Translations under genes and position numbers: made by a program
DNA from: Cypionkella sp.
GTDB lineage: Bacteria; Pseudomonadota; Alphaproteobacteria; Rhodobacterales; Rhodobacteraceae
Length of the DNA stretch: 64,000 bases
Direction: 5' to 3'
NCBI GenBank assembly: GCA_040398785.1
Contig: JBBATJ010000005.1
Location: 83,717-147,716, forward strand
Part shown: one piece after another, positions 31,590-41,143 of the stretch
How the letters are laid out: every line of letters starts with the position of its first letter
Numbering within the stretch: position 1 is the stretch's first letter
Notes under the pieces: generated by a model
The model's database searches: none
What the model was told of the DNA's origin: nothing
Seen by the model: the letters and a program-made list of their open reading frames with translations, nothing else

Positions 31590-32456
31590 ATGACAACTGC
31601 GATCTTGAATTTTCATGTCCCTGATTGGCGGCGCGCCGAGGTGGCGCAGCCTGCCTCGGTTTTTGGCAAAATTGCCGCTGCTGTCTTGGATGCCGATTGG
31701 CGCATTGTGATCAAAGATGAGAATGCGCCCGTGGAGGGAGCAGGCTATCATCTGGTATACAATCGGCCTGTGACGCATCCTTTGGCGCTGTCCTTGCGGC
31801 GCTGTTATTTTGATCCGTTCTACCGCATCGAATCCACGAATGACCGTTGGGATTGGCAGGTGGCGCGGCATAATTATACCGAGGTCAAGGGGGGTGACTG
31901 GTTTCGCAAATATTGGGCCGAACGGATGTTCAAAGATCATCCGATCCGAAAGCAGGGTTTCGTTTTTATGCCGCTGCAGGGGCGGTTGTGCGAAAGGCGT
32001 CATTTTCAATCGATGAGCCCGATTGACATGATCAAGGCGGCGCTTGCCAATGATCCGAACCGCCAAATTTTGGCAACCTTGCACCCCCGCGAAACCTATA
32101 ACACAACGGATATGGCGGCACTGGCCACCATCAAGGGGAATTTTGCGTTGGTTGATACGCCATCCTTGGCGTTGCTGGCCGATTGCGATTATGTGGTGAC
32201 GCAAAATTCCAGCATGGCGCTGATTGGAATGTTCGCCCAAAAATCCCCAATTTTGTTTGCGAACATAGATTTTCACCACATCGCCGCATCTGTTCCCAAA
32301 CAAGGCCTAGAGGCGGCCTATCGCAATTTGCACAAGGATCGCCATTGGGGCAATTATCTGCATTGGTTTTTTCGTGAACAGGCGCTGTCAATGCGGTCTG
32401 ACGATATCATTGGCCAACTGCAGGCGCGGTTTCGCGCCCACGGTTGGCCGATATAG
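31590..32456 (+). CDS. KpsS/KpsC-like capsule-synthesis family glycosyltransferase (stand-alone)
   Basis: FMPLQ, TLHP and VTQNSS segments as in the Capsule_synth domain. Confidence 0.6.
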   Translation: MTTAILNFHVPDWRRAEVAQPASVFGKIAAAVLDADWRIVIKDENAPVEGAGYHLVYNRPVTHPLALSLRRCYFDPFYRIESTNDRWDWQVARHNYTEVKGGDWFRKYWAERMFKDHPIRKQGFVFMPLQGRLCERRHFQSMSPIDMIKAALANDPNRQILATLHPRETYNTTDMAALATIKGNFALVDTPSLALLADCDYVVTQNSSMALIGMFAQKSPILFANIDFHHIAASVPKQGLEAAYRNLHKDRHWGNYLHWFFREQALSMRSDDIIGQLQARFRAHGWPI

Positions 32457-32460
32457 GGGC

Positions 32461-32787
32461 TTAGACGGCTGAGGCGATCCATGTGGCCAAAGCGGCCTTT
32501 GGGGCGGCACCAACCTTGTTGGAAATCACTTCGCCATCTTTGAACATGAACAGAGCGGGAATACCGCGCACGCCCAAGGCGGCGGGGCTGTTTGGATTTT
32601 CATCCACATTCACCTTGACGATTTTGACGCGGCCCGCATATTCCGCCGCCAACTCTTCAAGGGCAGGACCGATTTGGCGGCAAGGGCCGCACCATTCAGC
32701 CCAAAAATCCACAACAACGGGAATCGCTGATTTGCGAACTTCGGCGTCGAATGTGGCATCCGTGACGGCAACGGTATTTGCACCCAT
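32461..32787 (-). CDS. trxA: Thioredoxin
   Basis: [11 protein letters not shown]. Start at MGANTV (32787) after AGGAG. Confidence 0.97.
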   Translation of the reverse strand: MGANTVAVTDATFDAEVRKSAIPVVVDFWAEWCGPCRQIGPALEELAAEYAGRVKIVKVNVDENPNSPAALGVRGIPALFMFKDGEVISNKVGAAPKAALATWIASAV

Positions 32788-32817
32788 GGCGATATCTCCT
32801 GACAATTCTATGAAAGA

Positions 32818-32846
32818 TACCTAAGCATCCGAAGGTGTCAGGTCAA
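32818..32846 (-). promoter_or_regulatory. Candidate sigma70-type promoter of trxA overlapping the addA stop
   Basis: Minus strand TTGACC-N17-TAGGTA, about 30 bp upstream of the trxA ATG. Confidence 0.55.
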
Positions 32847-35800
32847 GATATTGTGGCCCGTTCAAATGCCACCCTCACAATATCGCGATCAAGGGGCATC
32901 AGTTGCGCGGTAACAGTCCATAAAATCGCCAGATCGATCTGATGATTAGGATAGATCAATTCCAGCGATGCCCCATAGGCCCCCATTTGCCGCAACAAAC
33001 CATCGGGAATGTCGGCGGCAGTCGCAGGCACGATCTGATTCGATTTGAAATCCACGGCCAAAACGCGGTCTGCGGTGACAACCAATCGATCGATTGCACC
33101 GATAATCTGACCCTGCGCAACAGGCGCAGTGATCGCGACCTCACTTAGGGTGCCCTGCGCGAAAATATGGCGCAGTTCGAGATGGTGCAAGATTGTCGTC
33201 GCCTCGGTCAAGACATCGGCGCACAGCGCGGCATCTGGAACCAACCGCCCCGCAACGCGCGGCCAATCTGGGGCATCAAAGCGCGGCAGATGTTCCAACA
33301 GCAGATGCAGGGCCGTGCCGCGCAACAGTGCCATGTCATTCGTCATGCCCGACACCACTTTGTCGCCGCCCAAATTCGACGGGTTGATCATGATCGGCGC
33401 GGGTGGGGTCATTGGGACAGGCCGCATTGCCCAAATCGGCAATTGCGGTGCTGATATGTCACCAAGATCCGCCGCGGCCCCGTTCATGGGCCAATCGCCA
33501 AAGGCATAGCGTTGCATCCCGTCGATCAGGTCCACTGCGCCTACCGCCTGCATCCCAGCGGCAACCAAACGATACCACGACATCCCGTCGTCCTTGGCCT
33601 CGCCCGCGCCCGCGACGATCAGCCAAGATTGCGCCCGCGTCAGCGCAACATACAGCAACCGCAGCGCCTCTTGATCCGTCTTTTCCCCCCGAGATGCCCG
33701 CAAACTGTCAATTATCGCGGGTGTTGCATCTTTGGGCGTTTTCCAGATCGGTGTGCCGTCGGGCATCACAAACACCTCGTCGCGTTCGGGGGGTGTGCGG
33801 TCGCAGGTATCTGGCAATATGACAATCGGCGCCTCTAGTCCCTTGGCGCCGTGCACCGTCATCACGCGAATGCGATCCCCTGCGCTGTCCATCTGGCGTT
33901 TGACAGTGATGTCATCGCTGATCAGCCAATTCAAAAACCCTGTCAGACTGGGAATTTCACTGCGTTCAAAGGCAAGCGCTTGGGACAAAAGCGCGTCGAT
34001 CCCATCCTCGGCTTCAACCCCCAGTCGGGTGATCAGACGGCGGCGGCCATCATGCCGCGTCAAAATACGCTCTAACAGATCATAGGGCCGCAAAAAATCT
34101 GTCTGATCGCGCAAATCGATCAGCATCGCCAGGGTGTCGGGGCGTGTTGTGTGGGCGCGCAACGCCTCCCATAAATAGCCCTTACGCAGGGTGGCAAGAT
34201 CATACAGTTCACCCTCGCTCCACCCACCCAAGGGCGAACGCAGGAACGCGGCCAACGACAAGTCATCCTCGGGCGTGGCAAGGAATGATAACAGTGCTGC
34301 CAAATCCTTGACCGCCAGTTCCCCGCCCAAATTCAGCCGATCCGCGCCTGCAATTGGCAAATCGGCCTGTTTGCAGGCACGGATAATTTCGTGAAACAGG
34401 GCGGATCGCCGCTGCACCAAAATCAGGAAATCACCCGCGTGCACGGCGCGATCGCCTTTGTCATCGGGGATATGAACGCCGTCTGCAATCATCGCATGAA
34501 TTTCGGCGGCAATCCGATTTGCCAAGCGCGCGGTGTGATGCGACGCCGCGATCAGATCAATCGGGTTTTCCCACTCTTCATCTTGATCGTCCTTTACAGG
34601 CTGTTCCAGCGCCCACAGATCCACCCGCCCCGGCATTTGCGATTTGGCGGCGATATGCTCGACCACGTCACCCATCGCCTGCGGAAAGCGCGATCCAAAG
34701 ACATTGTCCACCAAGCGCAAAATCGCGGGCGAAGATCGGAACGAATATTTCAATTCGCTGGTTTGAAACTGCAGATCGGCCGCCTGAAAACGGTCTTTGA
34801 AATACAGATGGTTTTCGTCAAAGGCGGCGACATCCGCGCCCTGAAAGGAATAGATTGATTGTTTCTTATCGCCCACAACGAACAAGGTGCGCTGGCCTTG
34901 ACGCGCGCCGATACCTGCACTGAATTCTTCGGTCAGCAGTTTGATGACCTGCCATTGCGTGGGGCTGGTGTCTTGCGCCTCATCGACAAGAATGTGATCT
35001 ATGCCGCCATCCAGTCGAAACAAAACCCAAGCCGCTACATCGCGATCTGTCAACAAATCCCGCGCTCGCAGGATCAGATCGTCGAAATCCAGAAACCCGC
35101 GCTGAGATTTGGCCGTTGCATAAAGCGGCAGGAATGCATTGGCAAAGCGGTGCAGCAGCGCCGTCTTTTGCGCGGCGACAAGGGCCAGGCGGCGCGGCCG
35201 CGCCAATTCAACGCGCTGCATCAGGTGATTAAACGGCGCGAGATGCGCGCCAAGCGCAAGCCTTATATCCTTGGTCGGAAGGGTGTCGACTTTTGCACCA
35301 AAGGGCGTTTTTGCTGTCTCACCAAACAGTAAAAACGTCTCTAATGCCGCTAAATCTGGCAGATTTGGATCGGCAAAATTGACTTGTGCCAAGCGCGTTG
35401 CCAGTTTTTGATCGGTGACCAGACCTGCCTGTAATTGTGGCATAATCGCCGCCACCAAGGCCGTCTCATGTCCCAAAAATACATCGGCGCAGATTTTATC
35501 GCCGCTTTCCCCCGGCTGCAGGCCAAACATTTCTGCAATCTGATCCCATGTTTTTGGCACTGAAAACGCGCTTTGATGCCGCGCAACCTGTTCCATGAGG
35601 GCAAAGAAATCTTCGCCGGTGTATTGGGCGGCCACCTCTGCCATCAGATTAGGGTCAAGGTGATCGGCCAGTTCGTTTATGATCTGTTCCCGCATCAAAC
35701 GTGCCGCGCGGTCGTCCATTTCGGTGAACTGGGGGGAAATTCCCGCCTCTAGGGGAAAACGGCGCAAAAGGGTCGCGCAAAAACTGTGAATTGTCTGAAT

Positions 35801-36157
35801 CCGCAAGCCGCCAGGCGTTTCAATCGCGCGGGCAAACAACTGCCGCGCCTTGGGCAGCGCACCAGGTTTCAACCGCTCCTCGTCGCCCAACTGTGCCAGA
35901 TCGGCCAACAAGTCGCGGTCGGGCTTCATCGCCCATGCGCCTAGGCGTTTGAACAGTCGGTTTTGCATCTCGGTCGCGGCGGCCTTGGTATAGGTCAAGC
36001 ATAGGATATGTTGCGGCTGCACGCCCGACAGCAACAACCGCGCAACGCGATCTGTCAAAACCCGCGTCTTGCCAGATCCCGCATTCGCCGAAAGCCATGT
36101 GCTGGCGGTGGGGGTGGCGGCGTCAACCTGCCGCTGGGTTGCCTCATCGCGGATCAT
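32843..36157 (-). CDS. addA: AddA helicase-nuclease
   Basis: SANAGSGKT, TYTKAAA, LVDEAQDT, TVHGAKGLE, LYVALTRA and nuclease GAIDRL...DFKS. Start at MIRDE (36157). Confidence 0.96.
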   Translation of the reverse strand: MIRDEATQRQVDAATPTASTWLSANAGSGKTRVLTDRVARLLLSGVQPQHILCLTYTKAAATEMQNRLFKRLGAWAMKPDRDLLADLAQLGDEERLKPGALPKARQLFARAIETPGGLRIQTIHSFCATLLRRFPLEAGISPQFTEMDDRAARLMREQIINELADHLDPNLMAEVAAQYTGEDFFALMEQVARHQSAFSVPKTWDQIAEMFGLQPGESGDKICADVFLGHETALVAAIMPQLQAGLVTDQKLATRLAQVNFADPNLPDLAALETFLLFGETAKTPFGAKVDTLPTKDIRLALGAHLAPFNHLMQRVELARPRRLALVAAQKTALLHRFANAFLPLYATAKSQRGFLDFDDLILRARDLLTDRDVAAWVLFRLDGGIDHILVDEAQDTSPTQWQVIKLLTEEFSAGIGARQGQRTLFVVGDKKQSIYSFQGADVAAFDENHLYFKDRFQAADLQFQTSELKYSFRSSPAILRLVDNVFGSRFPQAMGDVVEHIAAKSQMPGRVDLWALEQPVKDDQDEEWENPIDLIAASHHTARLANRIAAEIHAMIADGVHIPDDKGDRAVHAGDFLILVQRRSALFHEIIRACKQADLPIAGADRLNLGGELAVKDLAALLSFLATPEDDLSLAAFLRSPLGGWSEGELYDLATLRKGYLWEALRAHTTRPDTLAMLIDLRDQTDFLRPYDLLERILTRHDGRRRLITRLGVEAEDGIDALLSQALAFERSEIPSLTGFLNWLISDDITVKRQMDSAGDRIRVMTVHGAKGLEAPIVILPDTCDRTPPERDEVFVMPDGTPIWKTPKDATPAIIDSLRASRGEKTDQEALRLLYVALTRAQSWLIVAGAGEAKDDGMSWYRLVAAGMQAVGAVDLIDGMQRYAFGDWPMNGAAADLGDISAPQLPIWAMRPVPMTPPAPIMINPSNLGGDKVVSGMTNDMALLRGTALHLLLEHLPRFDAPDWPRVAGRLVPDAALCADVLTEATTILHHLELRHIFAQGTLSEVAITAPVAQGQIIGAIDRLVVTADRVLAVDFKSNQIVPATAADIPDGLLRQMGAYGASLELIYPNHQIDLAILWTVTAQLMPLDRDIVRVAFERATIS

Positions 36158-39057
36158 GGCGCGCCCACCCGAACGGGCATGGCGCGATCTGTCATTTGCC
36201 ATTCCCCAAACCGCGCAAGGTGATCATAGCTGCGCGCGTAACGCTGTTCAAAGAGGGCGCGTCGGGCAGCGTAAAAGGTATCGCGTTCCATATAGCGGCC
36301 AATCAAAGTGGTCAGTTTCGCCCATTCCAGCGCCAACAGGTCTGATGTGATTTTGGTTTCTTCAACCTTTTGCCCCGCACCAAGGCCGATATAGGTGATC
36401 AAGGCCACTTCAATTGCGGCGAGTTCTGCAAAACCGCCGCGTTCCGCCATAGCCGCGGCCAAAAGCAGTTGTTTGGAAAAGCTTTTCTGCATGGCTTGTG
36501 TGGGCGGAGCGCCCGTTTTGTAATCAATCAAATGCAATCGACCATCGGGCAAACAGTCAATGCGGTCAGGGGTGCCTGTCAAGGTAAAGGGCAGACCATC
36601 AAGCGGCTGACGGCCCTTGGATTCGACCGCAAGTGATATGCCACCATGCCGACCATCTTGGGTCAAAAAGTGATTGGCCGCGCGGTCCATTTTCGCGATC
36701 CACAGGGCGCGCGCGGCGGGAAAGGGGATTTCCGCGCGCATGATGTCACGCGTCAATTGCATGAGATGCGCGCGCGCGTCTGTTTCGGGGCGATCTTGCA
36801 CGAATCGTTGCAGGATTTTATGGATCACTATGCCGCGATCTTGGGCTGTCGCCTCGGGGCGCAAAGGGTCCAGCGGGAACAAACGCAAGATATAGCGCGC
36901 GTAAATCTCATAGGGGTCGCGGATCAATTTCTCAATAGCGGTCAGGGCCAATTCACGGGGCCGCGCGGTCACAGGCGGTTGCGGCGCAGGTCGCAACGCG
37001 GGTGCAAGCTGTGGATCTGCGCGCATTTCGGCGCTGGGTGCATCCAACCCCTCAGCCAGACGCAACCAAATGTTGCCGCGCTGCTGCATTTGCGCAAAGG
37101 CCTCGGTACCGTTGTGCAAGCCACCCATTAGGTTCATCAATCGGTTCAACCAGCGTGAGGGAACTGTCTCTGCCTCGGCATTGCGCAGGGCGCGGGTGAT
37201 CACCACACAAGATGCCCCCATCGCCTGTTGGTAATCATGCGCAGACAATCCAATTTGCCGTTCCGGCAATAACAGACCCGCATCTTTTCGCATTTGGCGA
37301 TTCAACCATGGATCAGGTTCGGGCAATTTGGGCCAGATCGCATCATTCAACCCACCCAAGATAACCAAATCTGCGCCTTGAACGCGCGCCTCAATCGTGC
37401 CCCAGATCATGATATGAGGATGGGGCAGAATGGCGTCGCGCACCTCTTGTGATTGGATCAGATTGTCGAACAGATTGCGATATTCGCTGGCTGATATCGC
37501 GCCGCCAAAGGGGGCCTCGGTCGCCAAATCCTGCATCAAAGCAAGCGCCTTAAGACCCGCATCCTTGTGCCATAAACCGCCACTGTCCGCGCCCGCCAAA
37601 CGTTCAGCCAAATCGCGGTGCCGCGCCACATGGTCTGCCAAGGGGGTGGTTTCCCCCCCCCGAAGTGCCGTGAAAATCGGTGAAAGGGAATCCGCCCACT
37701 GTGCCGCGCCCTCGGTTCTTTGGGTGTCGGCCCATGCCGTGATATCCAAATCGGTCGGAAAAGCCGGCCCATAACGGCGCAGTTTCAATTCCAAATCACG
37801 CGTCAGTTTCAGATGCAGTCCACGATCCCCGCCCGACGCGGTTAAGGGATGTTTCAGCAAAGCAAGCAGCCGATCAGGCGTCAGCCGTTCCGTAAACAGT
37901 CCCGCGATTTGGCGCAAATAACGGCCTGGGGCAGACAAGGCCAAGGGCCGTCCCGCAGAATCGTCTGGGATCAGCGCCCAACGATCCAAGGCGGCGGTGA
38001 CTTGGCGTGTCAGGTTACGATCGGGCGAAATCAGCGCCGCCTTTTGCCCCTGTTCCGCCGCACGCCGCAGGATCAGTGCAATCGCCAGTGCTTCGGCGCG
38101 GGGGGTCATCGCCTCAATCAGGGTGATATCTTGGGTGGCATGGATCAGATCAGGCAGTTTCGGCCCCTCGGACAACCATTGATCGGTGATCGGAGCGGGG
38201 CGCATGGATAGCGAAATCAACTGGTTGCGGTCTGGCGCAGGGGGGGGCGTATCTGTCCATTTTTGCACATCGGTTGGCCCAATCCCCAGCCCATCCATCA
38301 GCCGACGAAACCGAAATTGCGGGTGATCTTCGGCGGTCAGCGCGTCGTCCATTTGGTCCCAAACGTTTGTGGGCAGATCAAAATCATATCCTGGCAGAAC
38401 GATCGCCCCTTGGGGCAGTTTTGCAACCGCCTGCATGAACAGCGCGGTCGCGCCCCGTGATCCTGTTGACCCAGCGATGATTATCGGATCAGCGGGGGCC
38501 TTTGTCTGCCAAATTTCGGCAATTTGCAGCACCGCGGCGCGCGCGCCCGCCCTGTCGCCAAACAGCGGCGCGATGATCTTAAGAAATGTTTGTGATCTTT
38601 CCCAATGCTGAGAATGGTCCTTAACATCCAGTCCCGCCAAGACGGAAGGTGCGACGCCTTCGCTCTGCATTTCGTTCATCAGATTTGCCAAGGACTGCGC
38701 CAGATCGAAAATCGCACTGCGGGGCGCAAGTTCGGGCTGCGCGGACAATAAGGCCGCAATCAAATTGGCCAGTTCCAACCTGCGCCGCAGACTGGACATC
38801 GGCGCGGATATTTCAACGGCGGGGTCAGATTCAATTTCAGTGATCAGGCGCAGTTTTGGCAAAAACCCCGCGCCGCCCTCGGTGAAAATTTCGGTGATCC
38901 GCCGCCGCATCCGCGCGGTGTTCACATAAAGCGTCACCTTGGCGATATCCTGTGGCGGGCGGCCCATCAGACGCCGCTGCAAGCCTGCCACCAATTCGGC
39001 GGGAAAATCACACCCAGGGGGAATGGCAAAAACGTTGGGCTGGTCAGGATCAAACAT
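36154..39057 (-). CDS. addB: AddB nuclease subunit
   Basis: Inactive helicase-like N-terminus; IRDPYEIYA and GTPDRID...DYKTG (PD-(D/E)xK); directly upstream of addA. Confidence 0.95.
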   Translation of the reverse strand: MFDPDQPNVFAIPPGCDFPAELVAGLQRRLMGRPPQDIAKVTLYVNTARMRRRITEIFTEGGAGFLPKLRLITEIESDPAVEISAPMSSLRRRLELANLIAALLSAQPELAPRSAIFDLAQSLANLMNEMQSEGVAPSVLAGLDVKDHSQHWERSQTFLKIIAPLFGDRAGARAAVLQIAEIWQTKAPADPIIIAGSTGSRGATALFMQAVAKLPQGAIVLPGYDFDLPTNVWDQMDDALTAEDHPQFRFRRLMDGLGIGPTDVQKWTDTPPPAPDRNQLISLSMRPAPITDQWLSEGPKLPDLIHATQDITLIEAMTPRAEALAIALILRRAAEQGQKAALISPDRNLTRQVTAALDRWALIPDDSAGRPLALSAPGRYLRQIAGLFTERLTPDRLLALLKHPLTASGGDRGLHLKLTRDLELKLRRYGPAFPTDLDITAWADTQRTEGAAQWADSLSPIFTALRGGETTPLADHVARHRDLAERLAGADSGGLWHKDAGLKALALMQDLATEAPFGGAISASEYRNLFDNLIQSQEVRDAILPHPHIMIWGTIEARVQGADLVILGGLNDAIWPKLPEPDPWLNRQMRKDAGLLLPERQIGLSAHDYQQAMGASCVVITRALRNAEAETVPSRWLNRLMNLMGGLHNGTEAFAQMQQRGNIWLRLAEGLDAPSAEMRADPQLAPALRPAPQPPVTARPRELALTAIEKLIRDPYEIYARYILRLFPLDPLRPEATAQDRGIVIHKILQRFVQDRPETDARAHLMQLTRDIMRAEIPFPAARALWIAKMDRAANHFLTQDGRHGGISLAVESKGRQPLDGLPFTLTGTPDRIDCLPDGRLHLIDYKTGAPPTQAMQKSFSKQLLLAAAMAERGGFAELAAIEVALITYIGLGAGQKVEETKITSDLLALEWAKLTTLIGRYMERDTFYAARRALFEQRYARSYDHLARFGEWQMTDRAMPVRVGAP

Positions 39058-39730
39058 TCAACAACCCTTGGGCAATAGCGATCCCTGCGGCGGTGCCCAC
39101 ATCACACCAACCGCCTTGATGGATAATCCCAAAGGCGCGGCCAGCCGCAATTTGGACATCCCAAACCTGCCCGATGGAAAAAACAGTCTCTGGTATCGCC
39201 AAAACCGATGAAACCTTTTGAATTTGTGCACCCAGATAAATCGGCGCAACCTGACCCTTGGCGCGCGAAATCCGACCATCGGGGGCCAGAATAAAATCCC
39301 CTACCCCTGTGTGGCCCAAGACATCCTTGCGCGCAAGCAGCAACAGCAGGCTGTCCATGCGATCTGGTTGCCAAGCCGCCAACAATTGGGTCAACGGGTT
39401 GGCACCTGTCCAAACCGCATCCGAGTTTAGCAGCAAAACTGTGTCATCGCCCAACAAAGGCAAGGCCGCCCTAAGGCCCCCGCCCGTCTCCAGAATCTGA
39501 TCACGCTCCCACGAAAAAACCACATCTTGCCCCGCCAAATGCTGTTCAATCTGTTCGCCCAGATAATGCAAATTAATCACGGTTTTTTCGATCTGTGCAG
39601 GACCGCGCAGGGCCAAAGCGTGGTCGATCAACGCCCGACCGCCGACGCGGATCAGCGGTTTCGGGGTGTCCTTGGTCAATGCGCCCATACGAGTGCCAAA
39701 TCCTGCCGCAAAGATCATGAGGGGTGGCAT
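39050..39730 (-). CDS. murU: MurU-like nucleotidyltransferase (MurNAc-1-P uridylyltransferase)
   Basis: FAAGFGTRM...PKPL, LETGGG and WCDVGT; follows amgK. The symbol rests on context. Confidence 0.8.
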   Translation of the reverse strand: MPPLMIFAAGFGTRMGALTKDTPKPLIRVGGRALIDHALALRGPAQIEKTVINLHYLGEQIEQHLAGQDVVFSWERDQILETGGGLRAALPLLGDDTVLLLNSDAVWTGANPLTQLLAAWQPDRMDSLLLLLARKDVLGHTGVGDFILAPDGRISRAKGQVAPIYLGAQIQKVSSVLAIPETVFSIGQVWDVQIAAGRAFGIIHQGGWCDVGTAAGIAIAQGLLNV

Positions 39731-39742
39731 CGCTTTGTCTTT

Positions 39743-41104
39743 CTAAATCGGCGCATATTGGGCAAAAACCGCCTGCAAATCCGCCAGCATCGGATGTGCC
39801 AGATTGCGTTGAAGGTGGTCACGCACCCTTGGCATCAGGCGTAGATATTGCGGTTTGCCGTTGCGATTCAATTGCGTGAAAACGCCCAAAATACGCAAGG
39901 CCCGCAGCACCCCTAATGTTGCATATTGCGCTGAAAAATCGGCCGCGGACTGACCGGTTTTTTGGATGAAATACAGCTGCAGTTGCGCCGCGATCGCAGG
40001 GGTGACATCGCGGCGCGCGTCTTGCAGCAAGGACACCAGATCATAGGCCGGTTGCCCCATCTGTGCCGTTTGAAAATCCAAAAGTCCCATCTGTGCAAGT
40101 CCCTGCCGTTCGGGCAAAAACAGCAGGTTTTCGCAGTGATAGTCCCGCAAGATTAACACGCGGGGACCATTGGCATGGGCGCGCAAGGCCGCCGCGAGGG
40201 CCGATTTCAAAGGGGTCGTATCACCGATAATCCCCAGCATGGCAGACGCGGCCCATTCATCCGCAGTCAGATCAGGCAAGTTTGGGGGTGCGGGGTGGGA
40301 TTGCAGATGGATCAGAACATCGATGGCGGATTGCATGAACGACAGTTCGCGACGGGGATCGGTTTCGATCAACCGCGCCAACAGATCGTCGCCCAAATCC
40401 TCTAGCAGTAAAAACCCCTGCACAAGGTCTTGTGCCAAACATTGCGGCGGCGACAGGCCCAATGCCGCCAGATGATTCGAGATCCGCAAAAACTGGGCGG
40501 GGTCGTCGGGCTGACCATGGGGGGCGTCCATCAAAACGGCGGTTTGCACGCCGCGCCTGAGGCGCAAATACCGACGCCCCGAGGCATCACCTGCCAAAGC
40601 CTGTCGTGATGCCATTTCCCAACCTGCGCCGATTAAGAAATCCTCCAAACCTTGCGCGCGCAAGGCCGCCCGCAAGTCGGGATGGTGCGGCGCCATGATT
40701 TCGGCGATGCGGCCGTCGCCGTGGCTGGTTAGGCGCAGATGAATGGGGCGCATAGGCTGCATAGCGCCCAAGCGGTCGGGCCATTCGATCAGACAGACCG
40801 CGGTTTCCATGGCGTCAGCAAGGCCCAATTCTTGGGTCTCATCGGGATGAGTGAGGCGATACAGATCGGCGTGCCAAATCTCAACCGCGTCATTTTGATA
40901 GGTTTGCACCAAGGTAAAGCTGGGCGAGGGAACCTCTTGGCTGGGGCCGAAATGGCTGCGGATAACGGCGCGGGCGAAATGGCTTTTACCGGCGCCGACG
41001 TGACCGGACAACAATACCGTATCCCCCGCCTGCAAATGCTGCGCTATCAGGCGGGCAAAGCGGTCGGTGGCATCTGGGTCGGGCAGGAATATCGTATCTG
41101 TCAT
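39743..41104 (-). CDS. tsaE: Fused TsaE ATPase plus AmgK-like aminoglycoside-phosphotransferase-family kinase
   Basis: N-terminal GHVGAGKS, SPSFTL and HADLYRL; C-terminal GDASGRRY, RDYHCENL and DFQ; one uninterrupted 453-aa frame. Confidence 0.9.
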   Translation of the reverse strand: MTDTIFLPDPDATDRFARLIAQHLQAGDTVLLSGHVGAGKSHFARAVIRSHFGPSQEVPSPSFTLVQTYQNDAVEIWHADLYRLTHPDETQELGLADAMETAVCLIEWPDRLGAMQPMRPIHLRLTSHGDGRIAEIMAPHHPDLRAALRAQGLEDFLIGAGWEMASRQALAGDASGRRYLRLRRGVQTAVLMDAPHGQPDDPAQFLRISNHLAALGLSPPQCLAQDLVQGFLLLEDLGDDLLARLIETDPRRELSFMQSAIDVLIHLQSHPAPPNLPDLTADEWAASAMLGIIGDTTPLKSALAAALRAHANGPRVLILRDYHCENLLFLPERQGLAQMGLLDFQTAQMGQPAYDLVSLLQDARRDVTPAIAAQLQLYFIQKTGQSAADFSAQYATLGVLRALRILGVFTQLNRNGKPQYLRLMPRVRDHLQRNLAHPMLADLQAVFAQYAPI

Positions 41105-41143
41105 GCCCTAGCATAACCCGCCTTAACCCAAGGTTTGAAGCGA

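Noticed and set aside
36154-36600. AddB lacks the Fe-S cysteines
   Set aside because: Established trait of alphaproteobacterial AddAB; not novel.
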